Assembly (NCBI RefSeq): GCF_028641065.1
Contig: NC_073387.1
Span: 31,496,001-31,560,000, forward strand
DNA from: Leucoraja erinacea
Taxonomy: Eukaryota
Length of the DNA: 64,000 nucleotides
Direction: 5' to 3'
Of this stretch, positions 12,913 to 25,520 are shown one piece after another. Each line of letters begins with the position of its first letter. The stretch's first letter is position 1. The notes under the pieces are model-generated. The model ran no database searches. It was given only the letters and a program-made list of their open reading frames with translations, and was not told the DNA's origin. Position numbers and translations under genes: made by a program.

Positions 12913-13313
12913 TAACATTGCACCATTCTACCTGCCTTCACCTCTGCACCAACACCAAGAGGAAAAATAACACATGGACACAAGAAACAGCCCCCCTTTG
13001 CTTTACCTCCTGTCCCCCTCTGCTCAGCCTTTTATGTCTCCTTGCTGAACTCTTGATCCAAAGCCTCAAATTTACCCTCTATGCAGCATTTCACCTCTAC
13101 ACAGCCTCTCTCCTAAACAGCTGCTCCAATATGCTTTGCCTTCTTTTTTTAGGCTGCTCAATTAACCAATTTTGATCACTCAACCAATCCAACGTCAAGC
13201 TTTTGAAAAATCCCGCTGCTGCTCTGAAACTGAAATAGACAGACTCAAACGGAGGGGAAGCACGATGGTGCAGGCTGGTGGTATGGTGGCATAGCAGTTG
13301 AGTTGCTGCCTTA

Positions 13314-13539
13314 TGGCCCTGTCCCACTTAGGAAACCTGAACAGAAACCTCTGGAGACTTTGTGCCCCACCCAAGGTTTCCATGCGGTTCACGGAGGTGC
13401 CCGGAGGTTTTTGTCAATCTCCCTACCTGCTTCCACTACCGGCAACCACCTGCAACCTCCGGGAACCGCACGGAAACCTTGGGTGGGGCGCAAAGTCTCC
13501 AGAGGTTTCCGTTCAGGTTTCCTAAATGGGACAGGGGCA
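13314..13539. mobile_element. Hairpin MITE (Harbinger-like), copy 2, opposite orientation
   Basis: TGGCCCTGTCCCACTTAGG...AAATGGGACAGGGGCA; the interior is the reverse complement of copy 1. Confidence 0.85.
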
Positions 13540-14029
13540 TAACTGATTCTGACTGTGGTTACTGCCTGTACAGAATTTGTACAAGGAAACAGCCTTCTAC
13601 TTCTGGTGCTTGACCTACTGAGAGTTTCAAGCATATTCTCGTTTCATTTCTCTTTCAAAAACCTGATACAATGTATTCCATATTTTAACTGCACTTTGTT
13701 GAAAAAAAAGTCCTAACCTCTTAACACCAACTTTAATTTACTCACTTATGGACCACACCCAAGTAAATGGGGTTATTTTAGATTAGGCACCATGGGTGGC
13801 ATGAATGCATTTAGGTGAAGGGCCTGTTACCGAGCTCTATGAATCACTGATACCATGTCCGTAACACTTCATGAACTTATTAACATTTAAAAACTCTGTA
13901 TTATTATTCCTTTCAGCTTTGCTCACCTAATTGGAGCAATTTTATTATTTCAAGTTTCTTCTCATGACTCTAAATTATCATCACTGCTGTTGACTACATC
14001 ATGTATGAAGTACATGTATACATTTTGAT

Positions 14030-14692
14030 GTACATGAGCATCATTAGGGTCAAGTCCATAGTTCCCTGAATGTAGTGACGGAAGTAGGTAGAGTGCTAAA
14101 GAAAGTGTGTGAAATGCTTGGCTTCAAAGTTTGGGGCATTGAGTATGAGATTCAGAAATTCATACTGCAGTTTTAGAAATCTGCCTTTACTGCATTCAGA
14201 GTATTGTGTGCAGTTCTGGCTGCCCCATTTCAGGAAGAATGTAGAGGAATTGTAGAGGGTGCAGAAAAGGTTTATCATGATGCTGTCTAGATTAGCGAGT
14301 ATTAGCTATGTGGGGTGTTTGGAGAAACTCACTGAAGTTGGAGAAACGTAGATTGTATTCTCTGGAGCATTGGGGGCTGACCTAATCAAAGTTAATAAAA
14401 TAATGAGAGCATGGATAGAGTAGACTGTCAGAATCTTTTTCCCAGAAAAGATTAGCAGGAATAGCTTTAAGGTGATAGGAGGTACATTTAATGAAGATGT
14501 GGTGGGCAAGTTTTGTACACTGAATGGTAGATGCTGGAACATGCTGCCAAGGCTGGTGATGGCAGCAGATACAACAATGGCATATAAGAGGCATTTAGAC
14601 AGGTGCATGGATATGCTGGCAATGAAGCGGTATGGATCCTGTGCAGGAAGAGGAAATTAGCTTAATTTAGCATTATGTTTGGCAGAGACATT
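14030..14692 (+). mobile_element. Degenerate CR1 3' region
   Basis: GAGTATTGTGTGCAGTTCTGG (EYCVQFW), WNMLPRLVM and KRHLDRCMD remnants. Confidence 0.75.
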
Positions 14693-15737
14693 GTGCTTCA
14701 TTTTGAGACCCATGCACTACATTGGTGACCCCGACGCTCCATTAGCGTTATGATGGAGAGAACAGAAAGCCCTACCTCCTCACAGGCTGGCCCGGCCCTG
14801 TCTCTGGACGCGGTCTCCGTAAAACTGCCCAACATCTGGACCAGAAGGTTGCGTGTTCGAATCACGTCGGGGTCACCACGGCTTGTGGTCGGTGTAGGCG
14901 GTAAACGGGCGGCCCTCCAGGAAGTAGCGAAAATGGCGCACTGCCAGGTACAGAGCGAGGAGCTCACGATCGAACGCGCTGTATTTTGTCTGCGCACGGT
15001 TGAGGTGCCGGCTGAAGAAGGCCAGGGGCCGCCAACCTCCATCCGTCAGTTGCTCCAGCACAGCACCAACCGCCGACTCCGAGGCGTCCACCGTGAGAGC
15101 AATCGGGGCATCTTCCCACGGCTTACCACCCGCAAGCTAACGGTCTGGTGGAGAGATTCCACAGGCAGCTGAAGGCAGCACTGAAGGCACGACTCTCCAG
15201 CCCGGTCTGGATGAACGAGTTGCCGTGGGTCATGCTGGGCATCCGGACTACTCCCAAAGAGGACTTGGCCTCATCATCGGTGGAGCTCGTTTACGGGTCG
15301 CCACTCACGGTGCCCGGGGAGTTCGTGCCGTCGGCGCAGGGGCAGCAGGGAACACCCTCATCCATCCTAAAGCGCCTTCGCGAGCAAGTTGGCAGGCTCG
15401 CACTCGTCCCGACGTCCCGCCATGGGACATTTCGCCCACACGTGCCATCAGCCCTCAGGGTCGTGCGCCCGCCGGTGTGTTTCATGCCACTGGTTCTGGG
15501 GGGGGGGGGGGGGGGGGGTCCTCTGGCGGCTCCCAAGGGTCGTGCCATCATAGTGTCGAACCCCTCGTCACAGGAGTGGTTCAGTCCGGAGGCGGCCCTT
15601 AGCCGGAGGCTTTAAAGGCAGGGGTTTGGGTGCCATCTTCCTCTTGTTTGGTCTTCCCTACAACCGGGAGGAACATAATAAAAGGTGCCTCTCAAAACAC
15701 TGGACGTCGTGCTTCATTTTGAGACCCACGCACTACA
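14693..15737 (+). mobile_element. Rearranged, deleted Gypsy LTR element (CsRn1-like, tRNA-Trp PBS)
   Basis: LTR end 14693-14721 repeated at 15709-15737; PBS TGGTGACCCCGACG 14723-14736; gag start AVSVKLPNIW; inverted RNase H (DASESAVGAVLEQ...TDHKP, about 14879-15115); integrase TAYHPQANGLVERFHRQLK; G-run PPT 15498-15518; 3' LTR about 15522-15737 with AATAAA. Confidence 0.9.
14842..14878 (+). pseudogene. DNA copy of the tRNA-Trp 3' half (positions 40-76, including CCA)
   Basis: CAGAAGGTTGCGTGTTCGAATCACGTCGGGGTCACCA matches the vertebrate tRNA-Trp 3' half as recalled; its 3' end is complementary to the PBS at 14723. Confidence 0.9.
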
Positions 15738-16114
15738 TCACTGTAGTTCTGAGCAGCATCTACACATGTCTGTGTGCATCATTTCAGTTCTTGTTTACTG
15801 TAGATTGCCAACTGAGTTGGATCTCAGCTATGTGCTCTCTCCTTTATTCAATGACAGAAAGCAAGTTAATGCAAGAGAAATATTAAGCCTAAAAATGAAA
15901 TGATTAAGTGAAAACCACAGATATTTTTTTTTCTTCCTTCTAATCAAGTTCCTGTTCCAGCAGAACTGACATCAAGAAGTTGTAGTGATGGGAATATTTG
16001 GGAAAATTGTTTGACTGTTGTTGAAAATATAAAGAACTTGATATTGGCTCAAATTCCCATTAAATGCTTCCCGATTATTGTTTCCATCAAAGTCAGTTCT
16101 GCTGCAAGGCTTTT

Positions 16115-16380
16115 TTAGTCTAGTTTAGAGACACAGAGTGGAAACTGGCCCAGTGGCCCACTGAGTCCGTGCCGACCAAAGATCACCCGCACACTAGTTC
16201 TAGTCATACACTCTCGGGACAATTTACAGAAGCCAATTAACCCACAAACCTGCACGTCTTTGCCATGTGGGAGGGAACCGGAGCATCCAGTAAAACTGTT
16301 GTCACAGGCAGCACCCGTAGTCAGGATCAAACCTGGGTCTCTTGCACTGTAAATCAGCAACTCTACTGTTGCACCACTGG
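16115..16380 (-). mobile_element. tRNA-derived SINE (HE1-like)
   Basis: Reverse-complement homologue of 5663-5960, with (TTTAG)-like tail. Confidence 0.8.
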
Positions 16381-17819
16381 GCTAAAATGTTAACACTGTT
16401 TTCTTTCCACAGTTTTTATCTGACCTGCTGAGTAATTCCAGTACTTTTTGATTTTATTACAGATGACCAGCATCAGCAGTTTTTTGTGGCGAGTTTAATG
16501 GGCAGCTGAACATACAATGTAGTCAATATTAGGAAGAATGACTCTCATCAAAATCTCATGGCTTTGTGGTGTAAAACTTTAGAAAATTCTCAGACTGGCC
16601 TTGAGGAAGACTTCAATTATAATTACCAACTGTGACAACATTCAAAGAGTTTAATTACCCTGCATTATAAATCAAATCTTTTCCCCTCACATGTAAAAGG
16701 AGAAAATCAGAGTGAGCGAGGTAACATGATATACATATATTAGTTAATATTAGTACGCACCGAGTGGCAAGGACCCCACTTGCCCAGTCTTATTGTCAAG
16801 GAATATCCTGCTAATGCTATGGGGAAGAAAGTAAAACAAAGGAACAAGTCTAAAAGCCAACACCCTTTTCTGTGGTTTTAAGGTTATTTCATTGGATGCT
16901 GGCCAATGCATCCATCACAGTCTTCTTTGTTTCTCTATTAGGTGACATAATAACAAGGTGCGGCAAAAGTTCCGTATTCCAGAACCAAATTTGAAATCTA
17001 ATGGTTCCTGGGAACAGGGAAGAAAATGGAAAAAATTAAACTAAAATTACAGATTGTTTTCAGCCCCATGCAGGTTTTAAAAATAGGGAGGTATTTGTCC
17101 TCAGACTGGCAGTGACAAATGAATGAACCAGGAGCTGAAAATGAAGGAACTGCAGGAGTTGGAGCTGAAATAAAAAACAGAAAATCCCAGAAACACTCAA
17201 TGCATAATGCAGCATCTGTGGAAAGGGAAAAGGGTCAGAAGGTTGCTCAAAGCGAAACAGAAAATTTTTTTTTCACACAGAGACTACCTGAGCTACTGAA
17301 TGGTTCCTGCATTTCCTGCTTTTATTTCATGCCAGAGTAATCTCTGTGTGCTGTACTCCAGTCAGTCTAAAGAAGAGACGTAACCCAAAACATTATCTGT
17401 CCATGTTCTCCAGTGATTCTGCCTGACCTGCTGAGTTACTCCAGTTCTGTCTCTTTTTCTCTGCACTTTTAATGGTTGGTTTTAATCAACCCAAAATTTG
17501 GAAGTGCGGTTTAATCAAAATAATGTTATTACACTATATCACATATTTAACATTAATGGTCCTTGGGCAATTTAAGTGTGAAATTTCTGGTAGAACTGTG
17601 AAATCTGTGTGTTTTGATGGGAAATTAGGACTGCATGCACCCCTTTTTGGTTGCTGTGAATGGAAATTGTGTCATGTTGGATGAATTATAAAGACATTTT
17701 GTGTACACATTTATTTCCCCAGATGATATACATCACAACCTCCAGGGTTGTACAGTGATGATGAATACAATTCCTGCCATTGAAGAGGGACAAACTCCAG
17801 CCAATGCCCTTACATACAA

Positions 17820-18325
17820 CATTCAGCACAGGAACAGGTGCTTCGGCCTGTAATGCCCATGCCGAAAATTAAATTAATCTCCTCTACTTGTATATGATCC
17901 ATATCACTCCAATCCTTGCATATCCAAATGCCTATCTAAAAATCTCTTAAATGCCACTGTCATATTTGCTTCCATCACCAACTCTGGCAGCGTGATACAG
18001 GCACCCACCACATCTGTGTAAAAACAATTGACCTCAGCAAACTCTTTAAGCATTGTCCCTCTCACCTCAAAGTTATGCCTTTGAGTCTTTGATATCTACA
18101 CCCTTGGAAAAGGGTTCTGACTCTCAAGAAGGGTCTTAAAGGGTCTGAAGATGGGTCTCGACCCGAAACGTCACCCATTCCTTCTATTCCAGAGATGCTG
18201 CCTGTCCCGCTGAGCATTTTGTGTCTCTGTTCTGACTCAATCCTATCTATGCTCCTCATAATTTTATACACTTCTATTTGGTATCCCCTCAAACTCCAAT
18301 GCTCCAGAGAAAACAATTCTCTCCT
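17820..18325 (-). mobile_element. Degenerate CR1 3' fragment
   Basis: FSLEHWSLRGYQIEVYKIMRSIDR (18062..18316). Confidence 0.75.
18124..18228 (+). mobile_element. Penelope-terminus mini-insert with minimal hammerhead core, 10-bp TSD
   Basis: GGGT-CTGAAGA-T-GGGTCTCGACCC-GAAAC-GTC-ACCC at 18141-18176; TSD GTTCTGACTC at 18114-18123 and 18229-18238. Confidence 0.75.
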
Positions 18326-18503
18326 TGCAGCTAATACCTCTATTCACAGGTATAACATGCAAACTCCACACAGACAGCACCTGAGATCAGTACTGAAACC
18401 AAGTCTCTGATACTGTACCACCACAATGTAAGGCCTTTTTGCCATTCCGTAACGTAAACCCAGAAGCTGTGCAAAAACCTACTGGAAATCTTGCTTATGC
18501 AAT

Positions 18504-18604
18504 ATGTAGGAAGGAACTACAGATGCTGGTTTAAACCAAAGAAAGGTACAAAAAGTTGGAGTAACTCAGTGGGTTTGACAGCATTTCTGGAGAAAAGGAA
18601 TGAG
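18504..18604 (-). mobile_element. Penelope-terminus mini-insert (hammerhead part absent)
   Basis: GGAACTACAGATGCTGG...GGAGTAACTCAG; flanked by TGCTTATGCAAT (18492) and TGCTTATGTAAT (18605). Confidence 0.6.
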
Positions 18605-20419
18605 TGCTTATGTAATTTATGTGAAGCAATAATAAATTGCTTGATTTAATAATATTAATCCTTTAAATGAATAGAATTATCCGCATTTTTGTGTGAATGG
18701 CAACAAATGAATATTCTGTATTATATGTTCACACATATTCTGAATGAAGTATATTTGAATTAAAAAATGAATCGGTAGCATCATGGGGAGTAACAACATT
18801 TTAATTCCTTTTTTTTCTGCTCCTAGAAGGCTGATTGGATTTGTTTCATTCTCAAGCCACAGTATGAATGCAAATGATGTTGATGTTGATTTGAAAGATT
18901 GGTGGTAAGCCTTACTGGAAGTGAACTGAATTAACCTTTTCAGGGACACAGATCAGAAAACCAGGATGTCTCAGTATCTGCATGGTGTGGCAATTCAACT
19001 TCCTCAGCTTGAGTTTAGCAACCCTTACATTGGCACAGTACTGAATGGAAGCTGTATTTCAAAGCAAATTCTAATGACAAGAATAAAACACAGCAATAAT
19101 GTAACTCACAGGATCTCAATAGGTCTTCCTATTAAAAGCAACCAACATTATTCATTCAGATGTTAGCATACATGGATGAAAGAAACGTTTTCCAAAATGA
19201 TCAGTGTTAAAAATAGCTTATATTATCAAAGTGGTTTCTTAACTGGAGCATAAAGTACAAACTTTGGAGTTTTGAGTGGCCTTAAAAAGAACAGAAAAGC
19301 TGCTGCAAACAACAACTATTTATCCAAGTTAAAATAAAGCTTCCAAAATGCCTTTAGCATTTGATGGCTTCCTTACTGTTTGGATCCTTTTGGAGTGAGG
19401 AGTCCCCAGCGGAGCTAATTGACTGCTTTTATAAGAAGCTACAGAAATGATCCCTATCTTTACTCCTGTCATGTGTGACTGTGGAGAGCAGACAGACCCA
19501 TTCATTGTTTTCACTTACAAATGAATCAATAAAAACGCACCACTGGGTGTCACTGAAGTGGCTAAATGCAGCCTCTGAGTTTGGAGCTGGTTAATAATAC
19601 AAACTTTGAAGTGAAAATTCTCCTAATGAGTGGACTTGCTGTGGGAAGCGATTAAGTGTCACAAACAAACAAAGCAATTTGATGGAACCTTTGCACTGTT
19701 TCACAGGATGCAATTGTTGATAGACTCCTCAATAGTGACCGGAGTGAATCCTGAGGCCAATTCCTGCCGAGAAGGACAGCACCCTACAGAGTATGGGAAT
19801 ATGACCCATCCTCTATTACTTATCCTAAGTTTAAAATCACTTACATGACCTGATAATCTGTTGATACAGTAAGGCCACATTTATACTTCACTTTGCAAAC
19901 TGAAGTACTTTCCACTCCAGGCAAACCAATGTAACAAAGTCATAAAGTGACTCGCACAGGGAGTTTCCTGTATTCCAAATGATTTCCTGTATCCATCAAT
20001 TTGTTTGGTCCGTGATTGTTTTCAGATTCTGGTTTGTGTCCTGCTGTGTTTTGTGGGGTGTTGCAATAAGCATGATGACATTTTAGGGAAGTTCAAAGAA
20101 TAATGAGGAACTCCATTTAAGCTTCTGTGGTTGCACTTTATAACAAATTATGAAAATTGTTAACACAATTTGCACAGGCATAATACAAACTTAATTTCCA
20201 AAATGGGGTGCTATTCAAGCAGGCAATGCATTTTTTTGTAGTCGAATGAAAGCCCTGAAAGGACCAAAAGGCACCCAGTGGAGGTCAGTAAGGGAGATCA
20301 CCAAGACACTTTATCCACAAACCACCCGTTCATTTCACGCCCTCTTACCAAAGACCAGCAAGCAGAGAGATCATGCTGATTTGCAAGAACTATGGGTTTT
20401 CCCCATGGTCTTGAGTACC

Positions 20420-21240
20420 ATATAGAATCATAGAGTTACACAGCATGGAAATAGGCCCTTTAGCCCAACTTGTCTCTGCCGACCAAGGAATCTACCTGAC
20501 CTAATCCCATTTTCCTAATTTTGTCCCTTATCACTCTACCTTTTCTATTCCAGATGTATTTTTAACATTATAATTGTGCTAGCCTCTCGAGTTTCCTCTG
20601 GTAGCTCATTACATGTACCCACCATCCTATCTGCGAACATGTTGGGCCTCAGGACCCTATTCAATTTTACCCCTCTCATTTTAAACCCACACTCTCTATA
20701 GTTTTAGATTCTCTTAGTCAGCAAAACAAACATTATCCATGCCTCTTTTGATTTGATATACTTTTATAAAGTCACCCCTCAGCCTCCTGTGTTCGAGGGA
20801 AAAAAATAATCAGCATATCCAGCCTCTTCTTATAATTCTAGCCCTCCTAATCCAAATGCATTTTAGCTTAATGGCATCCTTCCTATATCTGAGCAACTAG
20901 AATGGAATCCAAAACTCCAAGTGTGGTCTCAGCAATGAGTTGTATAGTTGTAACATGACGCCTCAACTCCTGTATTTAATGCCCTGGATGATCAATGCAG
21001 GAGTGCCAAATGCCTTCTTCACCTCCTTGACTACCTGTGTTTCCACTTTCAAGGAAATATATCTCTGTTACTTGAGATCTCGCTGTTCTACAACACTCTG
21101 ACAAGACTCTAACATTCTCTGTGTAAGACCTGCCCTGATTTAATTTAGCAAAATGCAACATTTTTTCACGTAGAAATTCCATGTGATATTCATTGACTAG
21201 TTGATCCAGAGCTCATTGTAATATACTGCATCAACAACAG
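20420..21240 (-). mobile_element. Degenerate CR1 3' region
   Basis: Tail AGAATCATAGAG and GGCCCTTTAGCCC; CTCCAAGTGTGGTCT (reverse of RPHLE). Confidence 0.7.
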
Positions 21241-21699
21241 ATTGCAAGCACCATACAACCAATAGAAGTGTTGCATCAGATATGAATTGTGTTCTGTCAA
21301 TGAGCATCTGGTGTGTGATGATCATTGGAAATTCTTGTGGGACAACAATCAAAGATACAACATTTTTGTAGATACAGTTTGTTGTGTCAGCTGCATCTGT
21401 GCTACTATGCTACTCACTGTGCTACACGGAAATAATCGACTAACCTAGTGAGCCCAATCTTCCAAATCTTTCCATGAAAAACATGCCCAAGTGCAGGTCC
21501 AAATACTTCAACACAATCCTTCACTAACAATTCCACAGATTAGATTCCTTTTTATTGAACAGTCTAGCAAAAATAAATGCCAACAAAAAGTAAATATTTC
21601 ATGTCAAAATTATAAATGAATTCATACCATGTTCTTGTGTGACTCCTTAATATCTGACTTTTTGCTGTGTATTTTGTTGTCTTAACATTTACCACCAGG

Positions 21700-22466
21700 G
21701 GTCCGAATGATTGGCAGCCCTGCCAACAGTCTGTCTGTTTTTTTTGTCTTTTTTTAAATTTTTAGCATGTTTTTTAAAAGTTTGTGTAAATGTTCTCCGG
21801 TTTGTTTTTATGTGGGGGAGGGGGAGGGGGTCGGGAGAAACTTTCTTTTGAGTTTCTTACCTTGCTGGAGATACGATTACTTTCTGGATTGTGTTTTCGG
21901 TCGCTCTGCGGCCTTACCATCGATGGAGCTGGAGGCCTCCTCGAACTGACCTTGAGCGCCCCCGCGGGGCGTGGACATAACATCGGAGTCATTCCCTTGC
22001 CTGGGATCACTCCGACCGCAGCCTGCGGACTTACCATCAAGCTCGCATTCTCGGGTTAGGCCTAGTCGGTAGCTCCAACTAGCCCCTACGCGGAGTTCGA
22101 TTGCCTGACCAGCCCTGATGTGGGGTTCGATCACCTGACGCGGGGGAGCTGACATCCCCCCCCGATGCAGGAGCTGATCGCCCCGATGTGGAGGGAATGC
22201 CGCCGGCTACGGGAGTCAAGATCGTCCTGTCAATGGAGGGCTCGAGGCCCCCGACCGCTGGAGAGCAAACATGGGAAGAGATATAACTTTCTTTTAACCT
22301 TCATCACAATGAGGAATGTGGAGGAGTCACTGTGGTGGATGTTTATGTTAAAATATATTTTATGTGTTCTGTTGCTTTTTATTTGTACGTCTGACTTGGC
22401 AATTGAAATTTCACATATTGCAAAACATATTTCGCTAATAAAGTATTATTGTGATTGTGATTGTGA
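21700..22466 (+). repeat. Unclassified GC-rich retroposon 3' region
   Basis: Ends AATAAAGTATTA(TTGTGA)n; homologous to 10352-10838. Confidence 0.6.
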
Positions 22467-22529
22467 CTGATTGTGATTAATGTTCCTCTACAATCATACT
22501 TAACTTCTTGGGTGCAAGGAGCTTCAATC

Positions 22530-22943
22530 CAGATCATCTACAAAATCCTGGTCCTCACCTGCAAAGCCCTCAACCACTTGGCCCCCCCTTATCTCACTGA
22601 CCTCCTCTCCCCCTACCAACCCTCACGGTCCCTCAGATCCGTTTCAGCCGGTCTCCTCTCCATTCTGAAATCCAACCTCTGCACTTTTGGAGACAGAGCC
22701 TTCTCCAGGGCAGCTCCCAGGCTCTGGAACTCCCTCCCACAATTGATCCGAACTTCTGAGTCCCTCACCATCTTCCAGTCCCGCCTCAAGTCCCATCTCT
22801 TCACCTCTGCATACCCTTAGTCCCATGTCCCCCTCCCCTTTGCATCTCTGTCTTACTGCTCTATTTTGTTTTGTTCTTGACTCACCATGTAAAGCGACTT
22901 TGAGTCCTTGAAATATACAAATAAAATGTATTATTATTATTAT
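22530..22943 (+). mobile_element. L2 LINE 3' end
   Basis: YKILVLTCKALNHLAPPYLTDLL...RSLRS...GDRAFSRAAPRLWNSLP; tail GTAAAGCGACTTTGAG...AATAAAATG(TAT)n. Confidence 0.9.
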
Positions 22944-22989
22944 AAGGATGATTTGCTTCCATTCCATGTCTTTGGATTCTGAGCTCACA

Positions 22990-25520
22990 GCTGAGGCAAA
23001 TGCTGAACCTGCAGACGTCACAAAATGAGGCAGGAATTTCTAGATGGGAACTATATACCTGCATATAGGTACACATACATGGGCGGATATGTAGTGGGGA
23101 TGTGTGCTCCATTGCACTCTCAACACTGGGTCCTGTGTGCTCTAAATGCATGCCATTGAGGTTTGGGGAGATGAGCGTCAGATCTGCAAAAGATGTGGCC
23201 TGCCTATTGAGACTGGTTGGATGTTGCATGATGCATTTAGAGCTTCAGTACTGGAGAAATTGGCCCAGGGGAGAGCACCAATACCATATTCTCCCAATGA
23301 ATTTGGAGGAGCTTGTTAAGAAAATATCAATGATAGCTCTCTGGTCCTTTGACGTGCCTGCTGTAGGTAGTCTATATTTCACAATCAGACAGGAGGCTGG
23401 GGGTCTTTCCGGCATGATATACTTTGAGATGTGTTTAGTTTAGTTTAGAGATAAAGAGAGATAAAGCGGAAACAGCCCTTTTGGCCTACTGAGCCTGCGC
23501 CAACCAGTGATCCTCGCATATTAACACCATCCTACACACATTATGGACAATTTACTTGTTTTTAACCACCAGGCCAATTAACCTACAAACCTGTACATCT
23601 TTGGCGTGTGGGAGGAAACCGAAGATCTCGGAGAAAACCCATATGGTCATGGGGAGAACATACAAACTACGTACAGACAGCGCCCATAGTCGGGATTGAA
23701 CTCGGGTCTCTGATGCTGAAAGTGCTGTAAAGCAGCAACTCTACTGCAATGACACCGTGCCGCCGTGTGAGGTTTAAGATCTTAAAAAGGGGTATGAAAG
23801 CGGATGGCAAATTTTATCATCACTGTCTTTCTTCGCTGAGAGGTGGCCCTTGAGTTATGGGGAGTTTTCTAGGATCTTATCATGGATTTTTATTGTCAAA
23901 TGGTGGCTATATACTGTGGGTTTAGATTGGTAGGAAAACCTCTGAGTTGTGAATGTTAGGTGGAAGAGTCATTTTGTCATATGCTTCAAAGAAGGAGTTG
24001 ACATTGATTTGGAGCTTGGTACAAGCATTATCTGCAGCTTGCAGGTCAATGACTGAATTTGGGTGACTGGTTCTGAAGTCAAGGCATCATAGCTTGAATA
24101 GTTTCCCATTTGACCTATAGATTAGCTGTGGCTCCAGTGGAAAGCATGATGGAGTGTTCAGGCATTGAAGCAGCCTTGCTTTACACCATTCGGCAATGGA
24201 ACTGAGTCCATTGACAGTGTCTGCAGGATGGTTGGAATTGAAAGGTGTCAAAGACTGCAGGATTATCTAGATAGACTAATTCAAGTGGATCTGGACTTGA
24301 AACTGCCTGCTACATGGGCACGCCTAGTGTTGACAGCAGTGATGCAGGCTGACTGGTTGACAGACAGCAATGAAAGCACTGCCAAAGAGATTAGCGGAAG
24401 GAGGAACCTTGTCTTCCCGAGATTACAGCAAGATCCTACTTTGTGTAGCCACTGCAGCTCCCTTGGGGTTGTACTGCAACAATCTTTGTAATTTGTTCAT
24501 GGGTAGATTGCCAGACTCATCAGGGAAGCCCCTCTGTACATTTTAATACTCAGCCATGTGAAGGCAATGGTGTGACGTTCTCCTGCTATGTATGCATTGC
24601 TGCTGTCTGTGTTGCAATGGAATCTGCAATAACTGCCATAACATGTGGCAAGGTGTTGGGTCAAGTTGTATCATTTAGGTTCGGTTCACCTTCCATGTTG
24701 GCTCTAGATTCTGTACTGGTATTGGTTTGTTATTGTCACTTGCACCGAGATGTGGTGACAAACTTTATTTTGCTCTCTATCCAGGCAAATCATACCATAC
24801 ATGAGTGCATCAGGAAGTACAAAAGAAAATAAATAAATAAAGTGCAGAATGAGAAAGAGCAGACACAAGAAAAGTTTAAGGGCAGAAAAGAAGTAGAATG
24901 GAAGATTGTGCATTCATTTGAGTGTCTGTTAACAGTGGGGAAGATACTATTCTTGGTATGTATTTTCAAGCTTTTGTAGCTTCAGCCCAATGGGAGAGGG
25001 AAGAAGAGAGAATGACCGGGGTATGAGTGGTCCTTTGCTACTTTCCCAAGGAAGCTTGAAATATATTCGGAGTCGATGGGGGGAGGCTGATTTGCTTGAT
25101 GGACTGGGCTATATTCACAACACTGTAATTTCTCGCAGTCTTGGGCAGAGCAGTTGCCATATCAATCTGTGATGCAATTGGATAGGATGCTTTCTATGGT
25201 GCATCTGTAGAAATATGTTGGAAACATTCTAACTTTCCATAGCCATCTGAGGAAGTTGAGGCATTGGTCGATGACCAGCTCCCTCTGTCAAAGCACCTTG
25301 CCAAGCTGGTGGTAGATTCTTCCATGATTCTTCACAGCCAACCAAAAGAATTCAGCATCAATTTCACTGTTTTATTTATTATGAATTCCGAGCAGCTCTC
25401 TTCAAAATCGTCATCTGCATCCAGTTTCCCAGAACTCATGCACAAACTCATCCTCTGCTTTGTAATTGGTGGAGAGACAGTTGTGCTATTAAGAATGGCA
25501 TCATACTGAGAGAGGACAGC
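22990..25520 (-). mobile_element. Old RTE-like LINE remnant with nested SINE and LINE tail; boundaries approximate
   Basis: Minus-strand GVKQGC at about 24165-24188 and ADNAC (YADD-like) at about 24020-24035. Confidence 0.5.
23434..23766 (-). mobile_element. tRNA-derived SINE (HE1-like), full length
   Basis: (TTTAG)n tail at 23434-23449; reverse complement of the head CACGGCGGCACGGTG...GTAGAGTTGCTG. Confidence 0.85.

Noticed and set aside
12573-13634. Cluster of overlapping ORFs on both strands
   Set aside because: An artefact of GC-rich palindromic MITEs.
14842-14878. Functional tRNA genes at 14842 and 35349
   Set aside because: Only 3' halves are present, with encoded CCA and without D-arm, anticodon or A-box.
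16921-17075. Polypyrimidine tract plus AG at 16941 as a coding exon
   Set aside because: No recognisable protein similarity and only a weak downstream donor.
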